From Gemmatimonadales bacterium (GTDB lineage Bacteria; Gemmatimonadota; Gemmatimonadetes; Gemmatimonadales; GWC2-71-9), in assembly GCA_965249575.1 (NCBI GenBank), contig OZ252244.1:1312001-1376000 (forward strand): a stretch of 64,000 nt of DNA, in the 5' to 3' direction. How positions within the stretch are numbered: the first letter of the stretch is position 1; the number at the start of each line of letters is the position of its first letter. Positions 61,220-64,000 of this stretch are shown here, in pieces. Both the position numbers and the translations under genes were made by a program. The notes beneath the pieces were generated by a model. That model worked only from the letters and a program-made list of their open reading frames with translations. It had not been told where the DNA came from and did no database searches.

Positions 61220-62102
61220 TGGCGTTCTGGCACACCCACCGCGCACGGGCCTCAGCTTCGGCAACCGCCGCGGTCAGATCCAGGTTGTCGAGTAAGGGCA
61301 TTCCCATCGCCACGATGGCCAGCTGATGCAATGGAAACGGCACCCCTTCTACCATCGACGGAAGTCGATCGCTAACGCAATCACAACCAAGCACCGCCAC
61401 GTTGCGCTCTTTGAGCCACCGCGACGCGGATGGGTGGAGGCCGGGGATATTCCCGGCCGGCGCTTGCCCCAGCTCGGCCGCGCGCCGCCACCGTCCCGTT
61501 GATATCAACAAGGCGTCTCCGTCACCGATCGACAGTCCCGTCAGACGCTCCCATTCCTCCAAGTCCTCAACGGAGATCACCGCATCCGGCTCCAGGTAGC
61601 GCGCGTCCCGCAGTCGAGGAACATCTACGAGAACGGCGCGGGTCACGATTCCCCGCGCCATGGTCTCTACTCCCAACTCGTCCGTTCCCACCGCCGTGAC
61701 CGCCTCCGCCAAGAAGCCGTTGTACATCCGCCCATCCGCGAAGATGTGCGTCAGCGCGTCGAGATGCGTGAGCGCGAATCCATGGTAGTCGATGGTATAG
61801 GTATCGGTCGCGCCGGTCTCGCCCCGCCGAACCGAGTAGCCGATCGCGGTGGCACCCGGTCCGACGGTGTCCACGTCCACGTCCCGTGCAACTGAGATCG
61901 CGACACCTGATGTAACGAGCGCCGCAGCGGCGCGGCGCTTGGCGGGTGTAATCAGGTTGAGCGTTCCCAGCTGATCTTCGGCACCCCACCGGCCCCAATT
62001 GGACAGCTCGTCCATCCACGCATCAACCTGGGACTTCGGTATGGACACCTCCCCCGCGTTTTGTGCATTCACCGGGAACGAGCCGAGCACCAGCATCAAC
62101 AA
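61220..62102 (-). CDS. Cyclase (kynurenine formamidase-like) family protein, exported, C-terminus missing
   Basis: SNWGRWGAEDQLGTLN, HGFALTHLDALTH, GDALLISTG, LLDNLDL; similarity appears to end at EARARW. Confidence 0.85.
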
Positions 62103-62214
62103 CGCGATGAAAGGGCGATCATGTGTGATATACGGCGTCGGGCACGCCTATCGAGAGTAGGTGAATCCGTCGCGTACCGGCGGACATAGGCCGATCCCCA
62201 CTGACTGACCGACA

Positions 62215-62274
62215 GACGGGTGGGCGGGGCCTCTCCACTCCTCACTCAGCGGGGAGTGGGGTGGCTGGGCCTCC
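62215..62274. repeat. REP-like unit downstream of paralog P8
   Basis: Minus strand aggccc-N~18-gagtgaggagt, the same motif as downstream of P1 and P2. Confidence 0.55.
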
Positions 62275-63651
62275 TCACCGCAAACTCACCCTCGCGGGCG
62301 CGGGCGCGCCCTCCGGCCCCCGGTCCCAGTCTTGGGCGCTCGACACGTTCGGCATTCCCCACTGGTGCCCGTTCCAGCCGTCAAACCCGTCCATGCGGAG
62401 CACCCAGAAGCCCGTGCGCATGTCGTTCACGACGATGAGGCCGTCGGCGTTGCGAACGTCGACACCAAACCCACCGTTCGATGCGTTTGGTCTGGGATTC
62501 GCCCGTCGGAAGGTGCCCCAGCCTTGGATGGCGTGCGGGCCGTCGTACGTATCCCAATATCCAACCGTATACGGATTCGTCGGGTCCATCAAATTGATCA
62601 CGTACATACCGTCCTCGTACGCCGCGACGAACGCGTAGGGCCACCGTATCTCGGCGTTGTGTCCCTTGTTCTTCCAGTCGGGCGTCCAGGCACCAATCGA
62701 GCGCGAGATGTTCTTGACCTCACCCGTGAACGCCGGCTTCAAGTCGAACGTCCTGAACGGACCCAATTCTAGCGCAGACCACGTGAGGCCATACCGACCG
62801 TCGGGCGAGGCAACGAACGTGTGGCCTCCCGGATTGCCTGCAACGCCCTGCATGGTGACGAGCAGCTCGGGATTGCTGAGATCGGTGATGTCGAATACGT
62901 AGTAGCCCCCAAGCGGGGTGATCTCGGGCCCTCCGCCGTAGAACTTGTCCTGGCGGGTGGCCGGATCGTACGCCACGTACATGTCGTGATACCCACCTGG
63001 AGCCCCACGGGGCTCGGGGAGGGGAATGCCCGCAATCAACCCGTGGTCAGGGACCCCGGCCACGAACCGATCCATGTCGTAGACGTTTGCACCGTGCGGA
63101 GTCGACGGCAACGCGTTGATCGTGGCGAACAGCAAGACGGCGCCGGTCGAGTGCTTGTAGGCGAAGATGTTGTGGAATCCGCCCGGGAGGTCGGGCACGC
63201 GAATCCTCCCGACTTCCCGTACGGTCGCCGGGTCGGGCAGGCCCGTGACGTCGAATACCACGGCACCGACGTCCGCGTCCGGCCCGCTCCGACCGAACTG
63301 TACAGACTGCACGTCGTAGTACCGGTCGTTCACCTTGAAATATTTGTTGTCGAGGGTCCCCGGACCCTGATGAAGCTCCGCGTTCTCGATCTGCCAGCGC
63401 CAAATCACCTTGGCCTCCGACGGATTCGCCACGCTCACGATGTTGAGCCCCATGTCGGTCATCGTGGAGACATACGCGTACGGCCGGGACACTTCCTGCT
63501 CCAGCTCGATATCCGACCCGGTGAATGGCCCGCCCGTGGGGATGTGGGACAGCACGTGCACGTTGGGGCTGCTTTGCCTACCCGGAGGGTGCTGAGCAAC
63601 CATCGGTGAGGCGAGGAACATCACGAGGGCGACTAGGAAGAGTGAGCGCAT
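62275..63651 (-). CDS. Secreted LVIVD-like beta-propeller family protein, paralog P8
   Basis: 458 aa; signal peptide; same conserved motifs. Confidence 0.85.
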   Translation of the reverse strand: MRSLFLVALVMFLASPMVAQHPPGRQSSPNVHVLSHIPTGGPFTGSDIELEQEVSRPYAYVSTMTDMGLNIVSVANPSEAKVIWRWQIENAELHQGPGTLDNKYFKVNDRYYDVQSVQFGRSGPDADVGAVVFDVTGLPDPATVREVGRIRVPDLPGGFHNIFAYKHSTGAVLLFATINALPSTPHGANVYDMDRFVAGVPDHGLIAGIPLPEPRGAPGGYHDMYVAYDPATRQDKFYGGGPEITPLGGYYVFDITDLSNPELLVTMQGVAGNPGGHTFVASPDGRYGLTWSALELGPFRTFDLKPAFTGEVKNISRSIGAWTPDWKNKGHNAEIRWPYAFVAAYEDGMYVINLMDPTNPYTVGYWDTYDGPHAIQGWGTFRRANPRPNASNGGFGVDVRNADGLIVVNDMRTGFWVLRMDGFDGWNGHQWGMPNVSSAQDWDRGPEGAPAPARVSLR

Positions 63652-63665
63652 GCGATACTCCCAGA

Positions 63666-63765
63666 GCTATCGGGTGTCAGGTGTCGGCTGTCAGGTATCG
63701 GGGCATAGGCTCTGGCACCCGGCACCTGGCACCTACCTGGCCTAGCGCCCCGACGCCTAGCCCCT
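63666..63765. repeat. Inverted heptamer arrays
   Basis: ggtgtca ggtgtcg gctgtca ggtatcg, then tggcacc cggcacc tggcacc. Confidence 0.55.
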
Positions 63766-64000
63766 AAACAGGTAACTCAGCTTGACGAAGAATCCATCGG
63801 CGGTGCGTTCAAGATCGCGAAACCGAAACGCATCCCTCTCGGTCAAGGACGAGCCATACCCTACAAAGAGTACCGTGCCGGGATTGGGCCGAAAAGAGAA
63901 CAGCCAGTCATAGCGGACTCCGTTGCTGACCTCTCGCGTCGTGAGCACGTAATCACCGATACCCGAGTCGAAGCGGAGTATTGGAGCCTCGGTGACGGGG
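63757..64000 (-). CDS. C-terminus of DUF5916-type outer-membrane protein (runs off window)
   Basis: DWLFSFRPNPGTVLFVGYG...DGFFVKLSYLFR. Confidence 0.7.
   Translation of the reverse strand, partial: PVTEAPILRFDSGIGDYVLTTREVSNGVRYDWLFSFRPNPGTVLFVGYGSSLTERDAFRFRDLERTADGFFVKLSYLFRG

Noticed and set aside
1..64000. tRNA, rRNA, IS elements, prophage
   Set aside because: No cloverleaf, rRNA-like, transposase, integrase or phage structural signatures recognised by eye; Bor-family lipoprotein alone is not phage evidence

Overview
High-GC bacterial DNA. The gene content suggests Gemmatimonadota (inference): a membrane-anchored Ser/Thr kinase with TPR tail, a zf-HC2 + carboxypeptidase-regulatory protein, DUF4402-type proteins and a DUF5916-type protein. 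The dominant signal is nine co-oriented (minus-strand) paralogs of a ~450-aa secreted LVIVD-like beta-propeller protein. They share four invariant His motifs, a near-invariant C-terminal tail (GWNGHQWG[M/L]PN[I/V]SS[A/V]QDWD.GP) and hypervariable loops, and are flanked by REP-like and heptamer repeats. Other highlights: a membrane protein with four tandem 50-aa zinc anti-sigma-like (HxxxCxxC) repeats; a UPYC selenocysteine glutaredoxin with a SECIS-like hairpin that the ORF track misses; a DUF4402/usher-like pilus locus; an orphan PEP-CTERM-like tail; and many exported hydrolases. The sequence is noisy, with many homopolymer frameshifts, three isolated in-frame stops and at least eight abrupt gene-to-gene junctions, so gene adjacency and pseudogene calls need read-level confirmation. 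No rRNA, tRNA, CRISPR array or transposase was recognised. All family assignments come from motif recognition, not database searches.
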